Part shown: piece after piece, positions 18,164 through 26,331 of the stretch
How the letters are laid out: the number at the start of each line of letters is the position of its first letter
Position numbering within the stretch: the first letter of the stretch is position 1
DNA from: a virus
Taxonomy: Duplodnaviria; Caudoviricetes
Length of the DNA: 63,733 nt
Direction: 5' to 3' (one strand)
IMG/VR virus record: IMGVR_UViG_3300032722_000019
Coordinates: 1 to 63,733 of that record
Notes under the pieces: model-generated
The model's input: only the letters and a program-made list of their open reading frames with translations
Databases searched by the model: none
Told to the model about the DNA's origin: nothing
Program-made: the position numbers and the translations under genes

Positions 18164-18177
18164 CTGCTCCTCCTTCT

Positions 18178-18402
18178 CTACTCTCTAATGCCGGACCTGG
18201 CCTGGCGCATCCTCCGGTAGGCGATGAGCCAGTTGTCCATGAACGCCTCGTAGGAGCCGATCACCCGCGCCCGGGCGGCCTCGGCGGCCCCCTCGTCGCC
18301 CACCAGGCAGGCGGCCTGGAACTCGTTGAGGCCCTCGCAGGCGGCCTGCTGGCAGTTGGTCGCCAGCCGGAAGCTCTCCTGGATGTCCTCGACCAGGCTC
18401 AC
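18178..18402 (-). CDS. Hypothetical protein
   Basis: Start reassigned to GTG 18402 overlapping portal stop (MSLVEDIQ). Confidence 0.55.
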   Translation of the reverse strand: MSLVEDIQESFRLATNCQQAACEGLNEFQAACLVGDEGAAEAARARVIGSYEAFMDNWLIAYRRMRQARSGIRE

Positions 18403-19880
18403 GCGGCGTCCCTCTGGGGGCGGGCCTTGATCATGCGCAGGACGGAGGCCTTGAACTCCTCCATGGCGTCGTTCTTGGGCAGGCCCTCGGGCTGGGGCTG
18501 GAAGTCCGGGGCCTCCTGCTTGACCAGGCCCTCCTCCAGGTTGAGCTCCAGGTCGTGGCCGCCGAACAGCAGCTTCATCTCGTTGATGTTCTGCTGGACG
18601 AACTGGAGGAGCTCCCTCTGGTTCTCCTCGCCGAACTTGTCCAGCAGCACCTCGAGCAGGGCGATGAGCGCGCGCAGCCGGACGTCGTCCACCTTGACCA
18701 GCTCGCTCGGGGGCTCGCTGAGGTAGTTGGGCCAGGAGCACTCGAAGCTGTTCTTCCACTCGTAGAAGGCCTCCTCGTAGGGCACGCCGCCGTACTCGGC
18801 CGGGAACATCTTCTGCACCAGCTTGTAGAACTCCGGGTTGACCGCCCGGTGGAAGCAGATGTTCTCCATGAACGTGTAGAGAGGGTTGAGGTCCTCCCGG
18901 ATGCCGTCGATGTAGCGGGCCACCATCTTGGCGTCCTCGCTACCCTCGCCGAAGCCCTTCGCGAAGGTCTCGTCGTTGAGCAGGATGGCGGGCATAGGGA
19001 CCGCCGAGGCGGTGTTCTGGAGGCAGTTCTTGCGGGCCAGCTCGTAGGGGCCCTGCAGGTTCTGGAAGTTGAGGGTCTCGATCTCCTCGTCGGGGGAGAT
19101 GCTCAGCACGTCGGAGGTGCGGGCCTCGCCGATCAGGCTCCGCTTGAGGCCATACATCCACTGCATCGCGTTGTCGATCACGGAGCCGGGCTGCTGCAGC
19201 TTGGCCACGATCACGCCGGACTTAACGATGATCAGGTCGTCCGTCCGCATGCTCTGCAGGAAGGTCTTCATCGGGTAGATCGCGCGCTGGAACACGCTGC
19301 GGCCCGTGAACCCGAAGGTCGAGGACTGGTAGTCGATGTAGATGGGGGCCTCGTTCATCACGATGCACACCCGGTTGCGGTTGAACAGCTTGCCCGAGAC
19401 CCGGATGGTCACCGGGTGCTGGAAGTCCATGCTGAGCGGGTCCTGGTTGAGAACCAGGCTGCCCGCCGTGTTCAGGGGGTCCATCGTGTTGAAGCTGATC
19501 TGCTTCTTCCACAGGTCCCTCAGGTTGAGGGGCTCCCTGGGCTCCTCGTCCTGGATCATGGTGGCCAGCGCGCCGATGCCGTAGATGCGGGCGTGACGCG
19601 CGGCGTTGCGGATGACCTTGTCGGACCCCATCTTCTTCCACTCGCGGAGGTAGGCCGCCTTGACCATGTCCGGCGCGGTGGGGATGGCGACCTCGCGCGG
19701 CTGGCTCTGGGCCATCTCGAGAGGCTTGTCGACGATCTTGCGCCCCCAGGGGTGCTGGAGGTAGAGGGTCTTGCAGAGCTGGTAGGAGGGCCCGTAGCCC
19801 GGGCGGATGCCCTCGTTGTCCCCGAGCAGGGTCATCAGCTCGGAGCTCATAGCAGAGCCGTTGAGGGAGACCACGCTCAC
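18399..19880 (-). CDS. Portal protein (DUF1073-like)
   Basis: 493 aa after terminase; SYQLCKTLY..HP, DPLNTAGS, GFTGRSVFQR and GFGEGSEDAK motifs. Confidence 0.85.
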   Translation of the reverse strand: MSVVSLNGSAMSSELMTLLGDNEGIRPGYGPSYQLCKTLYLQHPWGRKIVDKPLEMAQSQPREVAIPTAPDMVKAAYLREWKKMGSDKVIRNAARHARIYGIGALATMIQDEEPREPLNLRDLWKKQISFNTMDPLNTAGSLVLNQDPLSMDFQHPVTIRVSGKLFNRNRVCIVMNEAPIYIDYQSSTFGFTGRSVFQRAIYPMKTFLQSMRTDDLIIVKSGVIVAKLQQPGSVIDNAMQWMYGLKRSLIGEARTSDVLSISPDEEIETLNFQNLQGPYELARKNCLQNTASAVPMPAILLNDETFAKGFGEGSEDAKMVARYIDGIREDLNPLYTFMENICFHRAVNPEFYKLVQKMFPAEYGGVPYEEAFYEWKNSFECSWPNYLSEPPSELVKVDDVRLRALIALLEVLLDKFGEENQRELLQFVQQNINEMKLLFGGHDLELNLEEGLVKQEAPDFQPQPEGLPKNDAMEEFKASVLRMIKARPQRDAA

Positions 19881-19969
19881 TTAGGGCGCCCCGAGTAGTG
19901 GCAGAGGAAGGCCAGGGCTGCCATAACGCAGGACCCCGAGAAGACGATGAACCACCAGTACTCGTCCAC
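19877..19969 (-). CDS. 30-aa membrane peptide
   Basis: MDEYWWFIVFSGSCVMAALAFLCHYSGRPK; RBS GGAGG; GTGA overlap with portal start. Confidence 0.45.
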   Translation of the reverse strand: MDEYWWFIVFSGSCVMAALAFLCHYSGRPK

Positions 19970-19970
19970 T

Positions 19971-20165
19971 TCAGGCCTCCCCGGCCGGCGGCGCGCGGCG
20001 GAGGTCTTGGATCATGCGGTCGGTGGCCACCGCGTGGGCCCAGGGGTAGAGCATGGCGCGCGGGGCCCGGGCCACCTCTGCGGCGACCTGGCTCTCCCGG
20101 GCGGCGAACACCGTGCCACAGGAGAAGCCGACGAGGGTCATCTTGTCGAACAGGCTCGGGGGCAT
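19971..20165 (-). CDS. Hypothetical protein
   Basis: RBS AGGAGG before ATG. Confidence 0.5.
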   Translation of the reverse strand: MPPSLFDKMTLVGFSCGTVFAARESQVAAEVARAPRAMLYPWAHAVATDRMIQDLRRAPPAGEA

Positions 20166-20184
20166 GGGTGCCTCCTGTGATGGG

Positions 20185-20522
20185 GTCCGGGGGTGTTACC
20201 CGCGAGGAGAGCTCGCACCAGGATGGCCCCGTGAGGCGTTGGCGGTCCTGCGTGCAGGCCGTGCGCGACGGTTGGGGCTCGGGTTGGGATGCGGTCTTCT
20301 AGCGCCCGTTAGGGCCCGGATTTTGTGCAGGCCGGAGGGTCTCTTAGCTCGATAGTCCGAGCCGCCGCTCGCGCGGGTCCAGTGGCCCTCCGGCCGACGT
20401 GCGCCCAGGGTCTCCCCCGGGTGCCTGGCTACCTCTGAACACGATGACGGCGGGGAGCATCCCTTTTAGTGAGAACCCTCTCCACCGCCGCTTGACCCGG
20501 ACTCCGCGTTGGCGGCCGGGCT
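20185..20522 (-). ncRNA. Candidate structured non-coding RNA
   Basis: About 340 nt with no convincing ORF; many stems including GGCCGGAGGG/CCCTCCGGCC enclosing a GCGA tetraloop hairpin and a second hairpin. Confidence 0.4.
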
Positions 20523-20527
20523 CGTTC

Positions 20528-21049
20528 CTATTCAGCCTTCCCCAGCAGGGGTGGGAAGCCCTTCAGGCTGATCGGCATGCGCCCAGAGCCGCCGCGGCCG
20601 GCCATCAGCAGCGCCTTGGGCGGCTCGGGGACCATGCGGGTGACCACGTGCCGGCGCGCCATGACGGGCTCGGGCAGGGCCGCCCCCGGCGGCGGAGGGG
20701 GCGGGACCGGCGCGGGGGCGGCCATCCGGCGGCCCGGACGCCTGATCCGCACCCGCATCCTCTTGAGGACCGCCAGGACCGCCTGTCGCGAGCAGCCGAT
20801 GATCGGGGCGATGGCCTCGTGGCTCTTGAACTCCTGGGTGTAGAGCCTGACGATCTGGGCCTTCTCCTCGTCGGTGAAGTTCTTGCGGCGACGGCTGGGG
20901 GCCACGTATCCCTGGAGCTTGAGCACCCGGTCGATCGCCGGGCGCGTGCATCCGTAGGTCCGCGCGATGGTGCTGGTCTCCTCGCCGGCCAGTCGGCGGC
21001 GCAGCACCTCGGGGTAGTCCGCGCGGGGTATCTTGACGTTGCCGATCAT
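20528..21049 (-). CDS. Helix-turn-helix DNA-binding protein (two HTH repeats)
   Basis: IARTYGCTRPAIDRVLK and IAPIIGCSRQAVLAVLK. Confidence 0.7.
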   Translation of the reverse strand: MIGNVKIPRADYPEVLRRRLAGEETSTIARTYGCTRPAIDRVLKLQGYVAPSRRRKNFTDEEKAQIVRLYTQEFKSHEAIAPIIGCSRQAVLAVLKRMRVRIRRPGRRMAAPAPVPPPPPPGAALPEPVMARRHVVTRMVPEPPKALLMAGRGGSGRMPISLKGFPPLLGKAE

Positions 21050-21080
21050 CTACGTTCCTGAATTCTCAAGCGGTCCAACA

Positions 21081-21230
21081 GGGCCCGGGCACGCCCGCCG
21101 CTAGCGGAGCGGGCTCATCCCGAGTCCTGAGCGACTGGTTAGCCGGTAAGGCCGCTTCATAACCCGGCGCGTCGCTTTTCCGCGCCCCTCTCGGGAGCTA
21201 GCAGTTCCCTGCCCAGGCGCGGCCGGGCCC
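21081..21230 (-). ncRNA. Candidate multi-stem structured RNA or leader
   Basis: Outer GGGCCCGG/CCGGGCCC stem enclosing CCGCGCC/GGCGCGG, AGCGAC/GTCGCT and GCCCGC/GCGGGC stems. Confidence 0.45.
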
Positions 21231-21258
21231 CTATAGCGCGTCAGATGCCTTGCGTCAA
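21230..21258 (-). promoter_or_regulatory. Sigma70-type promoter
   Basis: TTGACG-17 nt-TATAGG with GC before the -10. Confidence 0.65.
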
Positions 21259-21259
21259 G

Positions 21260-21502
21260 CTAGAAACCCCACTTGGACAACTCTGGGCACTGCGAGGTGT
21301 CGTACACGAGCCACTCTCCGGGCCGGAGGGCCTCCCCGTCGCAGGGGCGGACGTCGTAGCCGCCGGCCGGGTCCCTCACCAGGTCGCAGGAGCGGGCAGT
21401 GACCGGGTCGGGCGGCACCTGGGGCTCGGTCAGGACCACTTCCTGACGCTCCGTGATGGGGTGGGGGAAGAACTCGTCCGGAGTCTTCGTGAACTGCAGC
21501 AT
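21260..21502 (-). CDS. Hypothetical protein
   Basis: ATG 21502 overlaps terL stop (TGATG); MLQFTKTPDEFF. Confidence 0.55.
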   Translation of the reverse strand: MLQFTKTPDEFFPHPITERQEVVLTEPQVPPDPVTARSCDLVRDPAGGYDVRPCDGEALRPGEWLVYDTSQCPELSKWGF

Positions 21503-23154
21503 CAGAACCCCTTGGTGTTGCCGAACGCCAGCGCCACGCCGTAGCACATGCAGTCGAACATCTCGTCCTCGTCCTCCGGCGTGCCCTTCTTCATGCGGTA
21601 GTTGGTCGCCTGGTAGAAGAAGTGGTTGCGCACCCGGCCGTTGAACGCGCAGGTGTGGTCGAAGGCCGGCTGGCTGACCTTGAACAACCCCTGGCTGATG
21701 TAGCCGGACACCGACAGTGCGCGGCCGTCCTTGCCCAGGGCCGTGAGCTCGCTGGGGACGGGCTTGACCCGCCAGCCCTTGCGCTGGGCGTGCTGGATGA
21801 GCGCGACGCCGGAGTCCTTGTCCTCCACGTAGCAGTAGGTCCAGCCCCCGCGGGGCTTGACGATCTTCGCCAGCTCCTCGCCGCGGCGCAGGATGCCCGG
21901 CATCCACGCGGTCAGCAGGTCGGCCGATATCTTGTCGTAGGCCCACTCCAGGGCCACCAGCGAGGGCTTGGGGTAGCGGGTGTAGGCATAGTAGACCACG
22001 CCGGTGCCGTCGTGCTTCTTCTCCGTCTTGGAGGCGGTGTCCGCCACCGCGTAGACCGCGTCGCACACCCGGGGCCACTCGGCCGGCCGGTGCTCTACGC
22101 GGGGGACCAGGTCGCCCTTGCCGTCCGGCACCAGCTCGTTGGTGGGGCGCGGTACGAGGAACTTCTCCTCCGCGAAGTAGTACGAGCCCGCGCGGGCCTT
22201 GGCCCGCTGGTTGTACTGGGTGTCCCAGGCGAAGTCGGACGTGATCTTGAGCGCCGCGCACTTGGCGGCGTCCCAACGCTGGGGGAACAGCAGCTCGCCG
22301 TCCTCGCGGCGGGGGTCCTCGTAGTAGGGCGTCTTGACGACCAGGGAGCGCGTGTACTCCATGGGGAGGACCAGCTTGACCCACTTGTCGCCGCCCTGGG
22401 CCTCGATCTCCTCGGCCACGCCGCACAGGTCGTCGGTGGCCAGCCGGTGCATCATCAGGACCATGAGGTCCTTCATCGGGTCGTTGAGGCGGCTCTGGGC
22501 CGACTCCTTGAAGATGCGGGTGGTGGTCTCTTTCTCCGCGGCGGACTCGGCCTGCTCCGTGGAGTGCGGGTCGTCGATCAGCAGCCGGTTGCCGCGGCCC
22601 GCGGTCAGTCGCGAGATGGGGACCGCCTTGCGGCCGCCCTTGTAGGTGTTCTCGAACTCCTCCTCGGCGAAGGAGGTCAGCTCCACCTGGGGCCAGTGCT
22701 CCTGGTACCAGTCGCTGAGCACCAGGTCGCGGTGCTTGCGGGAGTCGCGCCGGGCGTAGCCGGCCTCGTAGGAAGTGGTGAAGTAGCGCAGGCCTGGGCT
22801 GAGCATGGGCCCCCACTCCCAGGCGGGGAACATCACGGAGACGCTCAGGCTCTTCATCGTGCCCGGCGGCTGGTTGATCATCAGCCGAGTGATCTCTCCT
22901 CGGTGGGCCGCCTCCAGGTGCTCTGCGATGGCGTCGATGTGCCAGTTGTGAAAGTACTTGGCGGAGGGCTCCGGCACGTGCCAGGCCCTGCGGACGAAGG
23001 TGGAGAACCGCTTGCAGGACTCCATGACCTCGAGGCGCTTGTCCTCAATGTAGGCCCGGTTTTGCTCCCTTATCTTCTTCAGCCTCATCATCCCGTCGCG
23101 CAGCAGAGTTAGCTTCTGCTCCCGCGACAGCGAGCTCAAGTCGCTTGAGGGCAA
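21502..23154 (-). CDS. terL: Terminase large subunit
   Basis: INQPPGTMKS Walker A, LLIDDPH Walker B, MHRL coupling motif, nuclease DTASK...HD and DEMFD; exact start uncertain. Confidence 0.92.
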   Translation of the reverse strand: MPSSDLSSLSREQKLTLLRDGMMRLKKIREQNRAYIEDKRLEVMESCKRFSTFVRRAWHVPEPSAKYFHNWHIDAIAEHLEAAHRGEITRLMINQPPGTMKSLSVSVMFPAWEWGPMLSPGLRYFTTSYEAGYARRDSRKHRDLVLSDWYQEHWPQVELTSFAEEEFENTYKGGRKAVPISRLTAGRGNRLLIDDPHSTEQAESAAEKETTTRIFKESAQSRLNDPMKDLMVLMMHRLATDDLCGVAEEIEAQGGDKWVKLVLPMEYTRSLVVKTPYYEDPRREDGELLFPQRWDAAKCAALKITSDFAWDTQYNQRAKARAGSYYFAEEKFLVPRPTNELVPDGKGDLVPRVEHRPAEWPRVCDAVYAVADTASKTEKKHDGTGVVYYAYTRYPKPSLVALEWAYDKISADLLTAWMPGILRRGEELAKIVKPRGGWTYCYVEDKDSGVALIQHAQRKGWRVKPVPSELTALGKDGRALSVSGYISQGLFKVSQPAFDHTCAFNGRVRNHFFYQATNYRMKKGTPEDEDEMFDCMCYGVALAFGNTKGF

Positions 23155-23620
23155 GGTCCAGCTTGTCAGTGTTCATCTCCTCGAACACCAGCGCCTCGCC
23201 GTTGGCGTTGCCGTGGTGAAGGGGCTGGGCCGCCTTGCCGATGCCGCGGTCCAGGATCTGGTTGGCGGCGTAGGCCCTGCTGGCCATCGGCTGCTCCACG
23301 TCCATGAGGACCGCGGCGAAGAACTGGATGGCGTCCCCGCCGTACTTGCGCGCTATGGCGCGGATCTCCTCTGGCGTGAGGCCAGGCAGGGTGGGGTCCA
23401 GGGTGATGACCCGTCCGACCTGGCCCTCTGGGGTGCGGGCAGGCTTGGTGGTGACGCCCTTGGCGACCTGCCGTGCGCCCTTCTCGGGAGCCGTGGTCTT
23501 GATGATGAGGTTCTTGGAGCCCTGGGCGCCCTTGGGTCGGCCGGCGCCGGGGCGCTTGCCCCCTCGCCCCTTGCCGCCGCTGTGAACCATGTTGGCCGCC
23601 TGGGCCGGGGTCTTGATCAT
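23045..23620 (-). CDS. terS: Terminase small subunit
   Basis: GGKRPGAGRPKG and ILDRGIGKA motifs; directly upstream of and overlapping terL. Confidence 0.75.
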   Translation of the reverse strand: MIKTPAQAANMVHSGGKGRGGKRPGAGRPKGAQGSKNLIIKTTAPEKGARQVAKGVTTKPARTPEGQVGRVITLDPTLPGLTPEEIRAIARKYGGDAIQFFAAVLMDVEQPMASRAYAANQILDRGIGKAAQPLHHGNANGEALVFEEMNTDKLDLALKRLELAVAGAEANSAARRDDEAEEDKGAKPGLH

Positions 23621-23663
23621 CTTTGATTACGATTTCAAACTGAAATCAAACTTTGATTTCGCG

Positions 23664-24182
23664 TCAGCCGACCAGCTCCACGTCCGACCTCTGCACCTGG
23701 ACCGGCCGGCGGCCCCCCAGCATGCTCAGCAGGACGGTGACGCGCTCGTCGTTGGACCACTCCACGGGGGCCTCGAAGCCCTCGAACGCCCCCTGGGTGA
23801 TCTTCACCGTGCCCCCCACTGGGATGAGTTTGGAGACGGCCGCGTCCACGTGGCGCGCCTCCATGAGCCCGGAGCCCGAGCACTTCCCGATGAGCACGTC
23901 CATCATGCGCTGGTCCACGGGGGAGGGCACCTCGCTGGTCTCGGGCAGGAGGCGCCGCACGCCGCGGGTGTTGTTGACCCGCTGCCAGCCCTCTCGCTCG
24001 GTGTCCAGGTTGACGAATATGTAGCCCCGGATGTAGGGCACCTCCGTGGTGACTCGCCGGCCCTGCTGGACCCGGGACACCGCGCAGCGCGGGTTGAATG
24101 CCTGGAACCCCTGCCGGGACAGCTGGTCCTCGGCGGTGAACTCGGCGAGCGGCTTGACCGCCGCGACGCGCCATGCGTACAT
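23664..24182 (-). CDS. nusG: NusG/RfaH-family transcription antiterminator
   Basis: NGN domain (PYIRGYIFV, VNNTRGV) and KOW (GGTVKITQGAFEGFEA, RVTVLLSMLG). Confidence 0.88.
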   Translation of the reverse strand: MYAWRVAAVKPLAEFTAEDQLSRQGFQAFNPRCAVSRVQQGRRVTTEVPYIRGYIFVNLDTEREGWQRVNNTRGVRRLLPETSEVPSPVDQRMMDVLIGKCSGSGLMEARHVDAAVSKLIPVGGTVKITQGAFEGFEAPVEWSNDERVTVLLSMLGGRRPVQVQRSDVELVG

Positions 24183-24471
24183 CCGTGTGTGGTCTCCCCC
24201 GAGTCCTGGGCAGGACTACCGTCTCTAGCTGGAGCTAGATTTCTCTCCCGCGAGTCGTAGAGGCCCGTGCCATCCGCGCTCCGCTCCCCCTGGTAGGGCC
24301 CCCCACCCGCCACGTGCTCGGCTGGTGGGGAGGCCCTGAGGCGGGGGGAAGTCTGCCCTGTGGATCCACCTCCGCTCGCCTGGGTCCGTGGGCACCGAGT
24401 CCTAGTCCCCGAGGGGATTAGACCGCTTGCGTCAGGTTCCCAAGGGCTGAGGGAGGCTTCACCGAGCCCCC

Positions 24472-24510
24472 TCTCTAGCGCGGCCCGAACGGGAAGTCAA
24501 GCGCGAAGTT
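24472..24510 (-). promoter_or_regulatory. Promoter upstream of nusG/late operon
   Basis: TTGACT-17 nt-TAGAGA preceded by AACTTCGCGC motif and an AT-rich tract. Confidence 0.6.
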
Positions 24511-24530
24511 TCCCCCGCCGTAAAAATTCT

Positions 24531-25031
24531 CTACGGACCCATCCACTGGCCCTCGTACCAGGCCGAAAGCGCGCGGTACAGCGCCTGCGGCTCGGCCGGG
24601 AGCTCCGCCACCTCCGAGAGCTCCCGCACCGTGGCCCCGTGGGCGTAGCGCATCACGAACGGCCTCCAGGACCGCGCCCCAGTCCTCACCCCGGCCACGA
24701 ACGCCGTGATGACTTGCCGGTGGGCCGCGCGGGCGTGCCACTCCCTCTGGCTGTCCTCTATGCCGCTGAGCGCCAGCCGGGTGCCCCCGGCCCCCAGGGT
24801 GGCCACCTTGAGCTCGCAGGGTAGGAGCACCCTCAGACTCCTCCGGGAAGAAGGGTTCATACCCGTCATCTCGGACACTGATAGCACCACTCCTAGCGTC
24901 AGGTCCGGGGCCCCCGAGCCCGACCCCCAGCCCCGCCGCCGGGCCGACCCTCGACCCACCGGCTCCCGCCCGTCCACCCAGCCGGGCCAGCCGCCCCGCA
25001 GCCAGTCCCTGAAGTCCGACTCCTCGCTCAC
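24531..25031 (-). CDS. PD-(D/E)XK nuclease (VRR-NUC/resolvase-like)
   Basis: Start GTG 25031 (MSEESDF); GAPDL, CELKV and SQREWH motifs. Confidence 0.6.
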   Translation of the reverse strand: MSEESDFRDWLRGGWPGWVDGREPVGRGSARRRGWGSGSGAPDLTLGVVLSVSEMTGMNPSSRRSLRVLLPCELKVATLGAGGTRLALSGIEDSQREWHARAAHRQVITAFVAGVRTGARSWRPFVMRYAHGATVRELSEVAELPAEPQALYRALSAWYEGQWMGP

Positions 25032-25381
25032 GACTCCACCGTCCCGCTCATGACGATGCCGAGGGCCTGCCAGAGCTCCGTGGTGGTCAGCTCTGGGAAC
25101 AGGACCCACTCGTCCTTGAACGAGCCGCCAAACGCCCGGCAGAGCACGAGCTTGACCGCCCTGCGCTCGTCCCTGGTCCAAGAGTTTTCTCCGTACAGTC
25201 CGGTGAGCGAGAACCTCACCCATCCCTTGGGCATCTTGCGGTTTCTCGCCGACGCCCTGCTCATCCTCACGCGGCTGTCCGGACACTTCCGCATCAACTC
25301 CGTCAGTGCCACCGCTGCTTGGACGCAGCGCAGCCTGTGCAGGGTCCTGTTACCCACCCTCGTCATCGTGCCGTCAGTCAT
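25028..25381 (-). CDS. Hypothetical protein
   Basis: RBS AGGAG; GTGA overlap downstream. Confidence 0.5.
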   Translation of the reverse strand: MTDGTMTRVGNRTLHRLRCVQAAVALTELMRKCPDSRVRMSRASARNRKMPKGWVRFSLTGLYGENSWTRDERRAVKLVLCRAFGGSFKDEWVLFPELTTTELWQALGIVMSGTVES

Positions 25382-25423
25382 CCATCGTCTCCTCGGTAGA
25401 AAGCCTAGAAAATTAGCCCGGAC

Positions 25424-25809
25424 GTATCCGCCCCTCGAGCCCCCTTAAGGGGGAGGCTCGCTAGGGGCGGAAACATCCTCCTGTCCGGCCGTATCCGCCC
25501 CGCCATACGAAAGGGATACGGGGCGGATACTTTTAATTTGATTACTGCGCCCCGTAAGGTATTGCAGAACCAGTTCAATTTGATTTAAAGTATCCGCCCC
25601 TTTCCCGCGGGGCGGATACGCCTCTGGGTTTTTACGGGCAACCCACGTTTTCTGACCGATTCCGTAGAAGCCACGTTTTGCTGGCGGGGCGGATACCCGC
25701 GAATAAGGCGCAATCCGGGCGAGGTACGTTCTTGGCTCGTTTTGCAGCATTATCCAACAGCGTGCTCCGGGCTCGCAAAAGTATCCGCCCCCGAATGAGG
25801 GGCGGATAC
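25424..25809. repeat. Iteron-like repeat cluster; putative replication origin
   Basis: Eight exact copies of GTATCCGCCCC (either strand) plus one variant, around an AT-rich core at 25531-25589. Confidence 0.75.
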
Positions 25810-26067
25810 TCCTCGGCCGCCCCGGACAGGGTGTAGAGCAGGCCGACGAGCAGCCCCAGGACCACCCCTGCGGCCGCCCAGCACCACAGCGTGCGGGCGG
25901 GGTTCACGAGGGGTCTCCCGGCGGGGCTGGGGCCCTGCCTTCGCTCTCCAGGAGGGCGCGCAGGGCCGCCCTCGTGAGGGTTATCGAGACGGCCTGGTCG
26001 CCCTCCTTCTCGCACCTCTCCAGAGCCCTGCGGAGGTACCCCCACGCCCGGTCGGCGACGTCCCGGG

Positions 26068-26331
26068 TCACGGGTCACGGGTCACGGGGTCCTCGGGCCG
26101 GTGCTCCACGGCCCAGGGCGTGACTAGGGAGTCCGGGCAGAGCTCGTCCGGTCCGTGATGAGGCCGCTCCTCCGGCCAGTACCGCGCCTCGGTACGGAGG
26201 TGCTCCCCGGTGGCGAGGAGGTAGGTTCCCTCGTGCCGCGTCTTGTAGTACAGGACGCCCCTGTACTCGAACAGCCCGTGGCCGCGGGGGAGCCGGTCGA
26301 ACCGGCAGGCCGCGCCCTTCAGGAGCCTCAT
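26068..26331 (-). CDS. Hypothetical protein
   Basis: ATG 26331 overlapping upstream stop (MRLLKGAACRF). Confidence 0.5.
   Translation of the reverse strand: MRLLKGAACRFDRLPRGHGLFEYRGVLYYKTRHEGTYLLATGEHLRTEARYWPEERPHHGPDELCPDSLVTPWAVEHRPEDPVTRDP

Noticed and set aside
18399-19880. Anti-CBASS Acb1-like label sometimes given to this portal family
   Set aside because: No appended phosphoesterase domain with paired HxT motifs is evident; position and size fit a plain portal.
20185-21230. tRNA genes in the structured intergenic regions
   Set aside because: No T-loop GTTCRA or D-loop consensus with cloverleaf spacing was found.
25424-25809. Possible CRISPR array
   Set aside because: Repeats are only 11 bp, alternate in orientation and are irregularly spaced; this fits iterons, not repeat-spacer units.
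25445-26078. ORFs 25445-25750 and 25632-26078 as genes
   Set aside because: They run through the repeat/AT-rich origin region with atypical composition; only a short TM-coding stretch near 25800-25910 might be real, and it is not supportable.
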